This document shows positions 47,431 through 56,177 of a DNA stretch of 64,000 nucleotides, piece by piece; the stretch's first letter is position 1; each line of letters opens with the position of its first letter. The DNA is from a virus. Lineage: Duplodnaviria > Caudoviricetes. The notes below the pieces were generated by a model, which was not told where the DNA came from, did not search any database, and saw only the letters and a program-made list of their open reading frames with translations. The stretch is taken from positions 1 through 64,000 of the IMG/VR virus record IMGVR_UViG_3300017585_000267; one strand, given 5' to 3'. A program made the position numbers and the translations under genes.

Positions 47431-48875
47431 ATCTCGGTCCCTACAATCCCCCTGTCCATCTCCGAGGCCTCATGGGTCATGAACCTTACGCCCTTGTATT
47501 TGAAGGCTTCGGGAACCGGGTCATCCACAATCCTGAGGACGACTCCCTCCCTGGGAACCTTGTAGTCGCACATGGGCTCATTTTCCTCAAGGTGGAACAT
47601 TCCCTTGAGTTCCCCAAAGGCCCTTTCCGGGAAGGATTCGTCTTGATTGATGTCTGGAAACAGGGCTTCACAGGGGCCAGTCCACAGGATTTCAATGGGC
47701 ATCAGGATTGGGTGGGTTCCCATGTTCCCAACCGTCCACTCCCTCACCTCGTCCACGCCCCACTCCCTCTTGGTGCCGTCGGAACTTTCAGTGGTTATCC
47801 TATAAGGCATCAGCCTGCACTCGCCCCTCCTGCAACCGTAGTCATATCCCTGCTGTATGAAGGTGCCTGTGCCGGGGAGGTAGCCTACTATCTCGCCATA
47901 GAGGGACATCCCCTCCGGGATTATATCCTTCAGCTTCTCCGCCACATGGCTCCAAACGTCCACGTCATAGTAGCTTTTGGCGCCCTTGCAGACCCACCTG
48001 TTCTTTATGACGGTGCGCGAGGACCAGATGTACCTGTAATCAACGATGAAGTCCTCCCTGCGCAATGAGGGGAACGCCCTTGAAAGGAAGTTGCCGATGC
48101 ACCTCACCAAGGAGAACCCCTTGGGAATGCGGCACATCACGTTGGCCAGGATGACACTTGTGCCATGGAGCTTCGTAGTGATCACCAAATTGTTGTCAGG
48201 CCTGAGCACCCTTCCGAAGTTCTTCCCGAGGGGCTGCGTGTCGTAGTGGAACATGAACTCCCCGGGGATTATGGTGTCGAACCTTTTCAGCCTGTTGTTC
48301 CTTTTATCCTTAGGAGCCTTGAAGGACTTCTCCACCTTATAAGGCAGGTACGCCTGCACGAAGAGCCTCCCGTCCACGGTGTCGAAGTCCTCCCCTACGT
48401 GTGACGTAAAGTCATAGCCCTCGAGCTTGGGGCAATAGCGCACAAGCTCCCTGGTGGTGAAGAGGCAGCCGAAGGACTGTACCCCACGGAGCTTCACCGT
48501 CCTCACCCTGCAACTCTTGGTGAAGTAACCGGTCATTCCCCGAAGCCTCCCCTCAAGTTCCCTTCTATCCCCCTCTTCCTTGGATTTCCGCATCGCCTCC
48601 TCGACCTCAAGCCACTCGCGGTAGTTGGCGTTCCTCTCGGGCTTGTCGAAGAGGTTGTTCACCCTGAGGAATTCATGGGACAGCTGGCACTCGTTCGATG
48701 CGTAGAGCATCACCTCCCCCTCCTTCACGCGGTCCTTCCTGACCACGGTAGGCTGGCCAGCTATGTCCACCACCCCAAGGAAGTCGGATCCTTCGATTGG
48801 GGTCACCTTGGGTATCCTCACCAAGGTGCAGCAGTACTCATGCGAGCCTGCGCTTGAAAAGCTTATAAGTTCCAT
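47412..48875 (-). CDS. RNA ligase (DRB0094/Rnl5-like)
   Basis: N-terminal PIEGSD OB-like domain; nucleotidyltransferase motifs KLHGTS, YGEIVG, REGVV and FKYK. Start MELISF. Confidence 0.82.
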   Translation of the reverse strand: MELISFSSAGSHEYCCTLVRIPKVTPIEGSDFLGVVDIAGQPTVVRKDRVKEGEVMLYASNECQLSHEFLRVNNLFDKPERNANYREWLEVEEAMRKSKEEGDRRELEGRLRGMTGYFTKSCRVRTVKLRGVQSFGCLFTTRELVRYCPKLEGYDFTSHVGEDFDTVDGRLFVQAYLPYKVEKSFKAPKDKRNNRLKRFDTIIPGEFMFHYDTQPLGKNFGRVLRPDNNLVITTKLHGTSVILANVMCRIPKGFSLVRCIGNFLSRAFPSLRREDFIVDYRYIWSSRTVIKNRWVCKGAKSYYDVDVWSHVAEKLKDIIPEGMSLYGEIVGYLPGTGTFIQQGYDYGCRRGECRLMPYRITTESSDGTKREWGVDEVREWTVGNMGTHPILMPIEILWTGPCEALFPDINQDESFPERAFGELKGMFHLEENEPMCDYKVPREGVVLRIVDDPVPEAFKYKGVRFMTHEASEMDRGIVGTEMWEGAI

Positions 48876-48906
48876 ATGGCAACAGTTGTCGTTTATGCCG
48901 TGACTA

Positions 48907-48963
48907 TAAAAAATAAAAAAATAAAAAACAAAAAACAAGGGGACACGGCAAGCCGCATCCCCC
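48907..48963 (-). terminator. Intrinsic terminator downstream of the tRNA-like element
   Basis: GGGGA..CGG...CCG..TCCCC hairpin with a long T-rich tail on the minus strand. Confidence 0.6.
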
Positions 48964-49046
48964 AGAAAGCGTCGACCAGTTTGTGGAAAACAAACAGGAC
49001 GTTTAAAATTTTTAAAGTTAAACAGTATTCACCGGCCGACGCCTTG

Positions 49047-49115
49047 AAGGGACGGCAGGGGTCGAACCTGCGTCTCCCGAAAACCGGGGCTCTCTCCCAA
49101 TTGAGCTACGTCCCT
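49047..49115 (-). ncRNA. tRNA-like RNA with a truncated anticodon arm
   Basis: Perfect 7-bp acceptor stem, canonical D and T arms; anticodon arm reduced to CCCG-GTTTT-CGGG. Confidence 0.7.
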
Positions 49116-49122
49116 TGGCAGA

Positions 49123-49404
49123 CTATGCCTGCACTCGAACGATGTCCTCCTCACCGGGCCTCTCAAGCGTTACGAGCTGAGCCTTCGAGAGGTCAACCTT
49201 GTCCCCCACCCCAAGCTCGGAATCCCTGGAGAGCGGGATATAGGTCTGTCCGCCCGCCTTCATTATGAAGCATACGCTGTTCCCATACTGGGAAGCCACC
49301 ACTTCCGCGCTCTTCACCGAAGAGATCTCCTCGGCGTCAAATGACCGCAATGACTTCACGCTCCAGTTTCCGGCGTAGCTCTTGAGGGTCGAAAAGATGT
49401 TCAT
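49123..49404 (-). CDS. 93-aa paralogue 1 (small beta-rich protein)
   Basis: MNIF..LK.YA..W...EVVASQYG.SVCF.MKAGG..YIP; three copies in this window. Confidence 0.85.
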   Translation of the reverse strand: MNIFSTLKSYAGNWSVKSLRSFDAEEISSVKSAEVVASQYGNSVCFIMKAGGQTYIPLSRDSELGVGDKVDLSKAQLVTLERPGEEDIVRVQA

Positions 49405-49853
49405 AAGTTTCATCGCCAATGCCCTTTGGACTTGTTTTGGTACCTGGCTCACCTGTTGTTGTTGTTAAATGTAGTACTGAGGAATACTTCCGGCTGGCGC
49501 CGTACCCCAAATATCGGGGAAGTGTAATGGGCAGGTGTCGCTCTATGCGGCTCCCATAAATCCACGTTTCACTGGAATACAGTTCCCCGGGCCTTCCACA
49601 TGACGGCTGTATGGAACATAAAACGGCGGCCATGCCTCAAATGGAGTACTTCTTCGACAATGCCGACGTCCGTAAAGCCAATGACTGAATGGGCGCATTT
49701 TTCCTAAAAGGGAAGCACAAAAATGCCGGATGCGGGCCTGGGGTTCCCCATGAATGCCAGGGTACAGGCAGTAAAGTCGGGAAGAAATGGGTCGGGGGAA
49801 GGGATTATGGGGAAGAGCCGGGGATGAAGGGGATGGAAGACACTGTGAAACAA

Positions 49854-49884
49854 TTTGCAAGTTTAAAAAAAAGTGTTATATTTG
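49854..49884 (+). promoter_or_regulatory. Bacteroidota-type promoter (-33 TTTG, -7 TATATTTG) firing into non-coding DNA
   Basis: TTTG-N19-TATATTTG, a full consensus match. Confidence 0.7.
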
Positions 49885-50448
49885 CGGTTGCCTTAGACTA
49901 CTAGTGAAAGTCTACACACCCCCCGAAGGTATGCGACACGACAAGTAAGGGGAGAAGGTGGCTGGTAAGGGAGGCAGATGTGACTGATACAGAATACGTT
50001 ACAGAAACAAGCTGCAAACATATCCCTGAGATATTGCTGCCAAGGGCAAAAAGGTTCTTTGATATAAGCATGGTCCGTTGCTGATGCACTCTAGAGACGC
50101 TGAGGGAAAAACGGGATCGAGATAAAGACCATTAGGTGTAATAACCCGCCCATGTGAAGTTCAAGGAATAAGCTGAAACCCAATGGGTTCAGAAAGGGAG
50201 ACGGTTCGTCCCCCTGGGTATACAGGTATCCTCTCTTCAGAGAGGTTCTTAAAAAACAATCTGAATCAACAAGCAACAGTTTCAACATTCTCCCCCGGTG
50301 ATAACACCTACCCAAGAAGAAGAGAGGATGAGCCGGGGGGCCTATTGTCATAACCCTGGTGAAACGTCCTTCAAGGTAGGTTTCAATCTCGAGACTAACT
50401 CACTGATACTCAATAAATTATAACTACTATTAGTGATAGTTGAAAGTT

Positions 50449-50622
50449 AATATGGTACTTTCGGCTTAACGAATGTGCCATATTGCCATTTACTAATGTG
50501 GCATATTCCTTAAGGTGAATACCCCATGTAGGTTGTTTAAGCATTTTTCAATACCCCGACTCACGAATGTGCCATACTCGTCACGTCGACTTTGCCACTT
50601 AGGAGTTCACGAATATGGCACT
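50449..50622. repeat. Iteron-like AATRTGGCAY repeats in both orientations
   Basis: Copies at ~50449(+), 50475(-), 50495(+), 50569(-) and 50612(+), beside an AT-rich stretch. Confidence 0.55.
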
Positions 50623-50727
50623 TAAGTCGATGACGCCTAATTTTGGCCAAAATCATCCGATTTTTATCGACATAAAGGATTCACTTAGGAATTCCCCCTC
50701 CCCTGGATGGATTCCATGCCGCATATA

Positions 50728-51335
50728 CCTATTATATATAGGAGTCCCCGGGCAGGGACATCATACGGCTGGGGCGGGAGCCCAGGGTGGTGGCGAATAA
50801 TCCCCCCACAGGGTTTCGTCCTCCATGTCGCCCATACCTATTATATATATAGGCATGAAATTCCATCTACTCCTATTATATATATAGGAGTCCCGGTTAC
50901 GGCCAAACCCAAGCTACACCTATTATATATATAGGAGTCACAGGCCGGCCACTCCTATTATATATAGGTACAGGTCCCAGGTTATACCTATAATATATAT
51001 AGGTGCGGTGTCGTGGCTATACCTATAATATATATAGGAGTGTCGGCATCCATGTCCCGGTCCATATACTTATATTATATATATAGGAGTGGGACTGCCA
51101 CTACACCTATTATATATGGGGCCACAGCCCTGCCCACTCTTCATGGTCATGGAGTCCAGGCCATACCTATTATATATAGGGATTCCTGGCCAGGCGATAC
51201 ACCTATTATATATAGGAGTGCCGGGCTTCCCATACCTATAATATATATATAGGTATCCAGGCCATGGTCGAACCCGGACTACACCTATTATATATATAGG
51301 TGTGTCAGGTCGGCCATACCTATTATATATATAGG
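50728..51335. repeat. Array of 14 near-palindromic CCTATTATATA(TA)TAGG units with unique GC-rich spacers
   Basis: Counted directly. Spacer lengths are mostly 18 or 30 nt. Confidence 0.92.
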
Positions 51336-51378
51336 CATGGGACCATGCCGTCGCCTGTAGTGGAAAATCAAAAAAAGA

Positions 51379-51410
51379 CTTGCAGGATTGAAGAATCCTT
51401 CCTATATTTG
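51379..51410 (+). promoter_or_regulatory. Bacteroidota-type promoter firing into non-coding DNA
   Basis: CTTG-N20-TATATTTG; same TATATTTGCGG context as the promoter at 49877. Confidence 0.65.
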
Positions 51411-52614
51411 CGGCGACTCTGGGAGGAGCTGCATCCTCAGCCGTGCCGAGCCACCCCCTTACGGAAAGGGTCTAACAGGGCTGGTACAGACATCGGGTCG
51501 AGAATGGGAGCCGTCCCGATACGGAAACATATCCCTGCCTCGTAGCCAACTGCCCCGATACCAGAGAAACCGCAGGTTGCCATGACCCCAGCTCGACACC
51601 ATTGTGCAGCTTATGGAAAAATGGTGTCCACGAACAAACGTGGAGGCAATGCCAGAACCCCAGGCGGGAAACGCAACCGAGCAATGGCGATGAGACTTTG
51701 ACGAGGAGCCAGGGTCTCCAGGCAGGTTTCAGGCGATTTATTTTTTTTTCGACCTGAGCGTGCCAGGGGGCTCCTTTGCGAAAGAGAGTTCTATTCACTG
51801 ACGTTCATAGAAACTCTTGCCTTTCTTGATTCAGGAGCCCTTCCCCCTCACTCCAGCTCCACACTCCTGGGTACGCAGTTCATAAGTACACAGTTCAGTC
51901 AATCAGCCAATCAGTTGGTTGGTTCAGTTGAAGGAACCCAGGCTGTGGGGAATCAGGGTTCACACAACGGCTCTCCTGGGCAGGTGTGGCTGTGTCGACT
52001 CCCCGGGGGGAGGACCCCCCGGCCCCCCCCGGAAGCGAGTGTGGGTGAATAGACATCTTGTCCGCTACTTGGGTACTGCTGAGGTACTGGTTCGCTTGGA
52101 TGCACCACTTGAAGGGACCAAGGCTGTATGGTGGCGGGGTTCGCCCACTCCTTCCTCCCTGAGGACCCAAGGCTGAGGGCAGTCGCTTCCTGAGTGGACT
52201 CCTGGCTAAGGGTACTATGTTCACTTGGCCCTCTTGGGATGGTCCAGTGGACACCAACCAAGTGGCCACCCCTTGGAAGGGATGTCGCCTTAAGGAACCT
52301 CCTTTAAAGGGACTTCCGGTCATAAGGAAGTGATCCCATGAGGGCTTGGTTGGTTCTGTCCCTCCCCCGGTTAAGGCATATTCCCAGGTGCCACGCCCCT
52401 TGAGGGGACATCCTTAAGGAACTCCCTTGAATGAATCCTGAAGGGAGCCCTGTGAATGAAACCCCCAGGGAACCTCTTGAATGGACTTCACTTGAAGCAG
52501 GCCGCTTCATTCACTCCTTGAGGCCACTATGGGGACTGTCCTTTGGGAGCCTGCATTATTCCCCACCCCTGCCCCATGCCCCCTCCCTGTGAAGCAGTCT
52601 TTGCCGTCACGACC

Positions 52615-52646
52615 CTTGCAAGTCTGGCCGATGTTCACTAACTTTG
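52615..52646 (+). promoter_or_regulatory. Promoter of the RepL-like gene
   Basis: CTTG-N20-TAACTTTG. Confidence 0.55.
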
Positions 52647-52664
52647 TACAAAACCTAATGGCAC

Positions 52665-53096
52665 ATGCGAACTAAGGAAAGATTCTGCTTCATGTACCCA
52701 GACGGGATGTCGAGGCTCCTCAGGGGACGCCTGCTCGACCCGGCAGCCAAGGTCCTCCTGGGGCTCACGGGATACCTCGGGTACAACACCAACGTGGTGA
52801 AGCTCGACCCCATCAGGAGGACCTCGCTGGCTAACTCATGCAGGATACCCAGGACCGCTCTTGACGACGTGCTGGCCGCCCTTGTGGGGGAGGGGGTGCT
52901 GGGGATGCTGGATGGGGACACCTACGTCATGGACAAGTCCCTCTTCTGGAAGGGGGACCTCAACTCAAGGGACGCTCTGAAGATGAAGGACCTCGGGAGG
53001 ACCCTTGCAAGCTCACTCGAAGGAGCCTCCGTCCCGGTGGACCTTCCTGACACGGGAGGCTACTGGCAGCCGGATTCCTCGTTTGAACTCCGGTGA
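52665..53096 (+). CDS. RepL-like winged-HTH replication protein
   Basis: YNTN.V.L...R..LA...L..L...G.L...Y.M...FWKGD pattern of RepL-family proteins. Isolated + strand gene. Confidence 0.7.
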   Translation: MRTKERFCFMYPDGMSRLLRGRLLDPAAKVLLGLTGYLGYNTNVVKLDPIRRTSLANSCRIPRTALDDVLAALVGEGVLGMLDGDTYVMDKSLFWKGDLNSRDALKMKDLGRTLASSLEGASVPVDLPDTGGYWQPDSSFELR

Positions 53097-53184
53097 AAAA
53101 AAATAAGGGAGCGACCCCATAAGGGGCCACTCCCACTGAAAGAAAAAAAACAAGGGACGCAGCCCGCATTGGACTGCATCCCCT
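53097..53184. terminator. Two hairpin terminators between convergent genes
   Basis: GGGAG..ACCCC/GGGG..CTCCC and GGGA.GCAG/CTGC.TCCC stems with flanking A/T runs. Confidence 0.6.
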
Positions 53185-53191
53185 GTACTTT

Positions 53192-53473
53192 TTAGGCCTC
53201 GACCCTCACGATGTCATCGCTGCCATCCCTGTGGAGGGTAATGAGCCTCGCCTTGGTGAGGTCCACGGAATCCCCTACGCCCAGGCTGCTCTGGTTGGAA
53301 AGCGGAATGTAGGTCTGCCCACCCGCCTTCATGAAGAAGCACACGGAGCTGCCGTACTGCGAGGCGACCACCTCCGCCGACTTGACGGCATTGATTTCCT
53401 CAGCCTCGAATGCACGGGATCCAGTCACGTTCCAGTTGCCAGCGTAGGTCCGCAAAGAAGAAAAGATGTTCAT
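53192..53473 (-). CDS. 93-aa paralogue 2
   Basis: Same length and motifs as 49123-49404. Confidence 0.85.
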   Translation of the reverse strand: MNIFSSLRTYAGNWNVTGSRAFEAEEINAVKSAEVVASQYGSSVCFFMKAGGQTYIPLSNQSSLGVGDSVDLTKARLITLHRDGSDDIVRVEA

Positions 53474-53691
53474 GATGTTTGTGATTTAAGTTGTTAATGA
53501 TGAATGTTGACTACGGGAACCCTGTGTTCCCGCAAAAACCCGGGAAGTGTAATGGGGTGGGGGTTCCCTATGGGACGCCGCCTGTGGAATGCCTGCCGAC
53601 GGCGCTCCAACATGCAGACGTCGCTTCAGCCAGCCTTCCCTGTCCCACAAAAGGACGCCGCTCCCACTTGTCGTCGTTGCCGCCAGGCTTT

Positions 53692-53729
53692 AAAAAAATA
53701 AGGGGAAGAGGCCCGAAGGCCCCTCCCCC
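53692..53729 (-). terminator. Intrinsic terminator after paralogue 3
   Basis: GGGGA.G.GGGCC-TTCG-GGCC stem plus T-run on the minus strand. Confidence 0.65.
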
Positions 53730-53746
53730 ATTGCATTGAGACTGGC

Positions 53747-54028
53747 TTATGCCTCGACCCTCAGAATGTCCGCCTCCCCGTCCTTGGAGAGCACGACCAG
53801 CTTGGCCTTTGTGAGGTCTATGGACTGACCCACGGCTGCGGAGGCATCCCTGCTCATCGGTATGAACTTGGAGCCTCCCGCCTTCATCATGAAGCAGCAG
53901 GACGTCCCGTATTGGGACGCCACCACCTCGGCGGACTTCACTGCGTCTATCTCCTCTGCTGAGAAGCCCCTCGTTTCCTTTACGTTCCAGGATGCGGCAT
54001 AGGTCTTGAGTGAATTGAAGATGTTCAT
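53747..54028 (-). CDS. 93-aa paralogue 3
   Basis: Same length and motifs as the other two copies. Confidence 0.85.
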   Translation of the reverse strand: MNIFNSLKTYAASWNVKETRGFSAEEIDAVKSAEVVASQYGTSCCFMMKAGGSKFIPMSRDASAAVGQSIDLTKAKLVVLSKDGEADILRVEA

Positions 54029-54167
54029 AATGTTTGAAACCCACTTACAACTGTGTCTCCACAGAGCCTTAAAGGGTACTGGCTTTTGGTTTACGGAATA
54101 ATGTTTTGGGGAATACCTTATGTAAGGACAGCCTGGGCCTTCCCCTGGACCCAGGCCATCCCGAAAG

Positions 54168-54425
54168 CTACTTCAGGCCAAGCAGGCCGTCGTAAAGTTC
54201 ACCGTCACAGGAGACCCTCATGATTTCAGGGACCCTGGACACCGCAAAGAACGCATAGCTGGAGCCATGGTACGTGCCATTCCTCCTGGCCTCGTAAATC
54301 CTTTGCTTCCTGAGGCACTCGGCCTTGGCCTTCTGCCTTAGGGCAATCCGTTCATCGGTGAACTTGGCGAGGTTAATCCTAACCCCGTCCTTTCGCTCCA
54401 CCTGGAGCAGATAGAACCATCTCAT
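54168..54425 (-). CDS. Hypothetical protein
   Basis: Co-oriented ORF in the early-type region. Confidence 0.6.
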   Translation of the reverse strand: MRWFYLLQVERKDGVRINLAKFTDERIALRQKAKAECLRKQRIYEARRNGTYHGSSYAFFAVSRVPEIMRVSCDGELYDGLLGLK

Positions 54426-54426
54426 T

Positions 54427-54525
54427 TCATTTCATGATTAAGGTTATACATAGAGTTATTATCACAAGCAAGAGCGCAACAATCTGCGCCCTTGCCTCCT
54501 TGAGTTTCCTGTAGTCCGACTTCAT
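54427..54525 (-). CDS. 32-aa single-TM peptide
   Basis: MKSDYRKLKEARAQIVALLLVITTLCITLIMK*, packed exactly between its neighbours. Confidence 0.45.
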   Translation of the reverse strand: MKSDYRKLKEARAQIVALLLVIITLCITLIMK

Positions 54526-54527
54526 GC

Positions 54528-54872
54528 CTACACGAACTTTGCGTTGTCAGGCATCCTGTCCTTCCAGCAGTCGGGTATCTCGCCCTGGAACCACAGGTTG
54601 TCACAGGCTACCTCATGTCCGTCATTGAACTTGATGAGGTTCGTGGCTCCGCAGAGCCCGCTTGGGTATCCCTCGGCATGGGGCTTGAGGACGTAATGGG
54701 AGCCATCTATAATGGCGTACCCGTACCGTCCCCTCTCCTTGTCCCATTTCATCTGGTTCCTCCAGTGGTTGCAGGAGAAGCACATCCGGTGTTTCCGGAG
54801 TTCCCTGGCGCAGCTCTCGCGCCATTCTGCGGTGTTTTCGGTGGCACCGCACACCTTGCATTTGAAAATCAT
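54528..54872 (-). CDS. Zn-binding hypothetical protein
   Basis: CxxC...CxxCxHW and NLWFQGEIP motifs. Confidence 0.7.
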   Translation of the reverse strand: MIFKCKVCGATENTAEWRESCARELRKHRMCFSCNHWRNQMKWDKERGRYGYAIIDGSHYVLKPHAEGYPSGLCGATNLIKFNDGHEVACDNLWFQGEIPDCWKDRMPDNAKFV

Positions 54873-55017
54873 AGCTTTTTAGTTTAATGGTTTATGGTAA
54901 TGTGATACTCCCTGCCCCACTTGGGCAGGATGTATTTCCTGAAGTTGTCAAGGGATTCCCTTGAGCGGAAGCGCAGGTCTCTCACCCAATGGGAACCCCT
55001 CCACAGCGACACTGTAA

Positions 55018-55320
55018 TCATTCCTTGGCTTTCTTCGGGAACGTGCCCCTGTACACCTCACGCGTACAGAAGCCGAAGAACCAGGCCAGCATGCCCATGA
55101 GTACGGCCATGCATAGTCCCAGGGACGGGTTTCCTCCCAGCATCCCCGTGACCAGAAACCTCCAGGCCAACGCCATGAAGTTCAACGTCATGAGGCCGAG
55201 GCACATGATGACTACAATGCCAAAGGTCTTTTTGGTGAATCTGACAATCCTTTTCATCTTTTTACGGTTTAATGGTTTATGGTTTGACTTTGTTTTACTT
55301 CTTCGACTGTCCGTAGTCAA
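55018..55320 (-). CDS. Two-TM membrane protein (likely start MKRIVR)
   Basis: Two hydrophobic helices. Confidence 0.6.
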   Translation of the reverse strand: MTTDSRRSKTKSNHKPLNRKKMKRIVRFTKKTFGIVVIMCLGLMTLNFMALAWRFLVTGMLGGNPSLGLCMAVLMGMLAWFFGFCTREVYRGTFPKKAKE

Positions 55321-55362
55321 GAAGCGGCATCAGGATGATGCAGAGCAGTATTATCCAGAACA

Positions 55363-55686
55363 TCAGTATGTCCTCCCAAGTTCAGTGTTTATGTAATCCA
55401 TTACGGAGTCCCTCGTCCACCTGAGCGCATGGCCGAACAGCAATGCCGCGTCGAGGTCCTCCTTCCTCATGTGATGAACCTGGCAGTCATCTTCAGAGGC
55501 CGCGTTTATGGAGCTCGCCGACGATACCATCAGCATTCCCCTATAGCCGTCTGAGGGCTTCATCAAGAAGTCCCCGAACTCATTGGTGTACTCTGTTTGT
55601 GCGCCTTCCATGCGTTCAGTCCATGTGTTGAAGTCCATGGTGTCAGTGGCGACTGCGAAAGTGCCGATTAATTGATCGATGTTCAT
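55363..55686 (-). CDS. Hypothetical protein
   Basis: ORF with an A-rich leader. Confidence 0.65.
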   Translation of the reverse strand: MNIDQLIGTFAVATDTMDFNTWTERMEGAQTEYTNEFGDFLMKPSDGYRGMLMVSSASSINAASEDDCQVHHMRKEDLDAALLFGHALRWTRDSVMDYINTELGRTY

Positions 55687-55732
55687 AACTTTTTTTGGTT
55701 TAAATTGTTTAACTTTGGTTTAATATTAAGGG

Positions 55733-56089
55733 TTAACCTTCAATCAGGAGAATCAGCTGATGATGCTCACTATCCACATCTAGGATGATAAGCCTCCCGT
55801 CCTCAAGGTGAACCAGCAACGTCGGGATGCACAATTCACCCAAATCCCACTGATCGAAACAGTCGAAGTCCGGGTTCCCTTCCGGGGTCAGCATATCTTC
55901 CCCATCCTCCCCATAGAACCCGCTGATGTGTTCCTGCGCCCGTTCCTTGATGTAGGCTACCAAAGACGCAGCGATGCGCCCATCGGGGAATGCAAGTACT
56001 GGTGATTCCCCGTTGGGGTACGTGAATGTGTACCTTGTGGTCTCCAAGATGGAGATTACCTCTGCAAAGCTAATAATCTTTGCTTTCAT
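55733..56089 (-). CDS. Hypothetical protein
   Basis: Co-oriented ORF with plausible composition. Confidence 0.6.
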   Translation of the reverse strand: MKAKIISFAEVISILETTRYTFTYPNGESPVLAFPDGRIAASLVAYIKERAQEHISGFYGEDGEDMLTPEGNPDFDCFDQWDLGELCIPTLLVHLEDGRLIILDVDSEHHQLILLIEG

Positions 56090-56177
56090 AATTCATCCCT
56101 TTCCACCACACTCGAGCTGAAAGGGTAACGGCTTTAATTGTTATTAATATTTAGCTGTCTTTCGTTTCCAGGCACAG

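Noticed and set aside
50728-51335. CRISPR array
   Set aside because: Repeats are only 15-19 nt with variable TA number, most spacers are 18 nt, and no cas genes or leader are visible. Reported instead as a palindrome array.
49901-52510. Short ORFs called across the control region (for example PIIYI-repeat peptides)
   Set aside because: These are translations of DNA repeats, with atypical codon usage and no ribosome-leader context.
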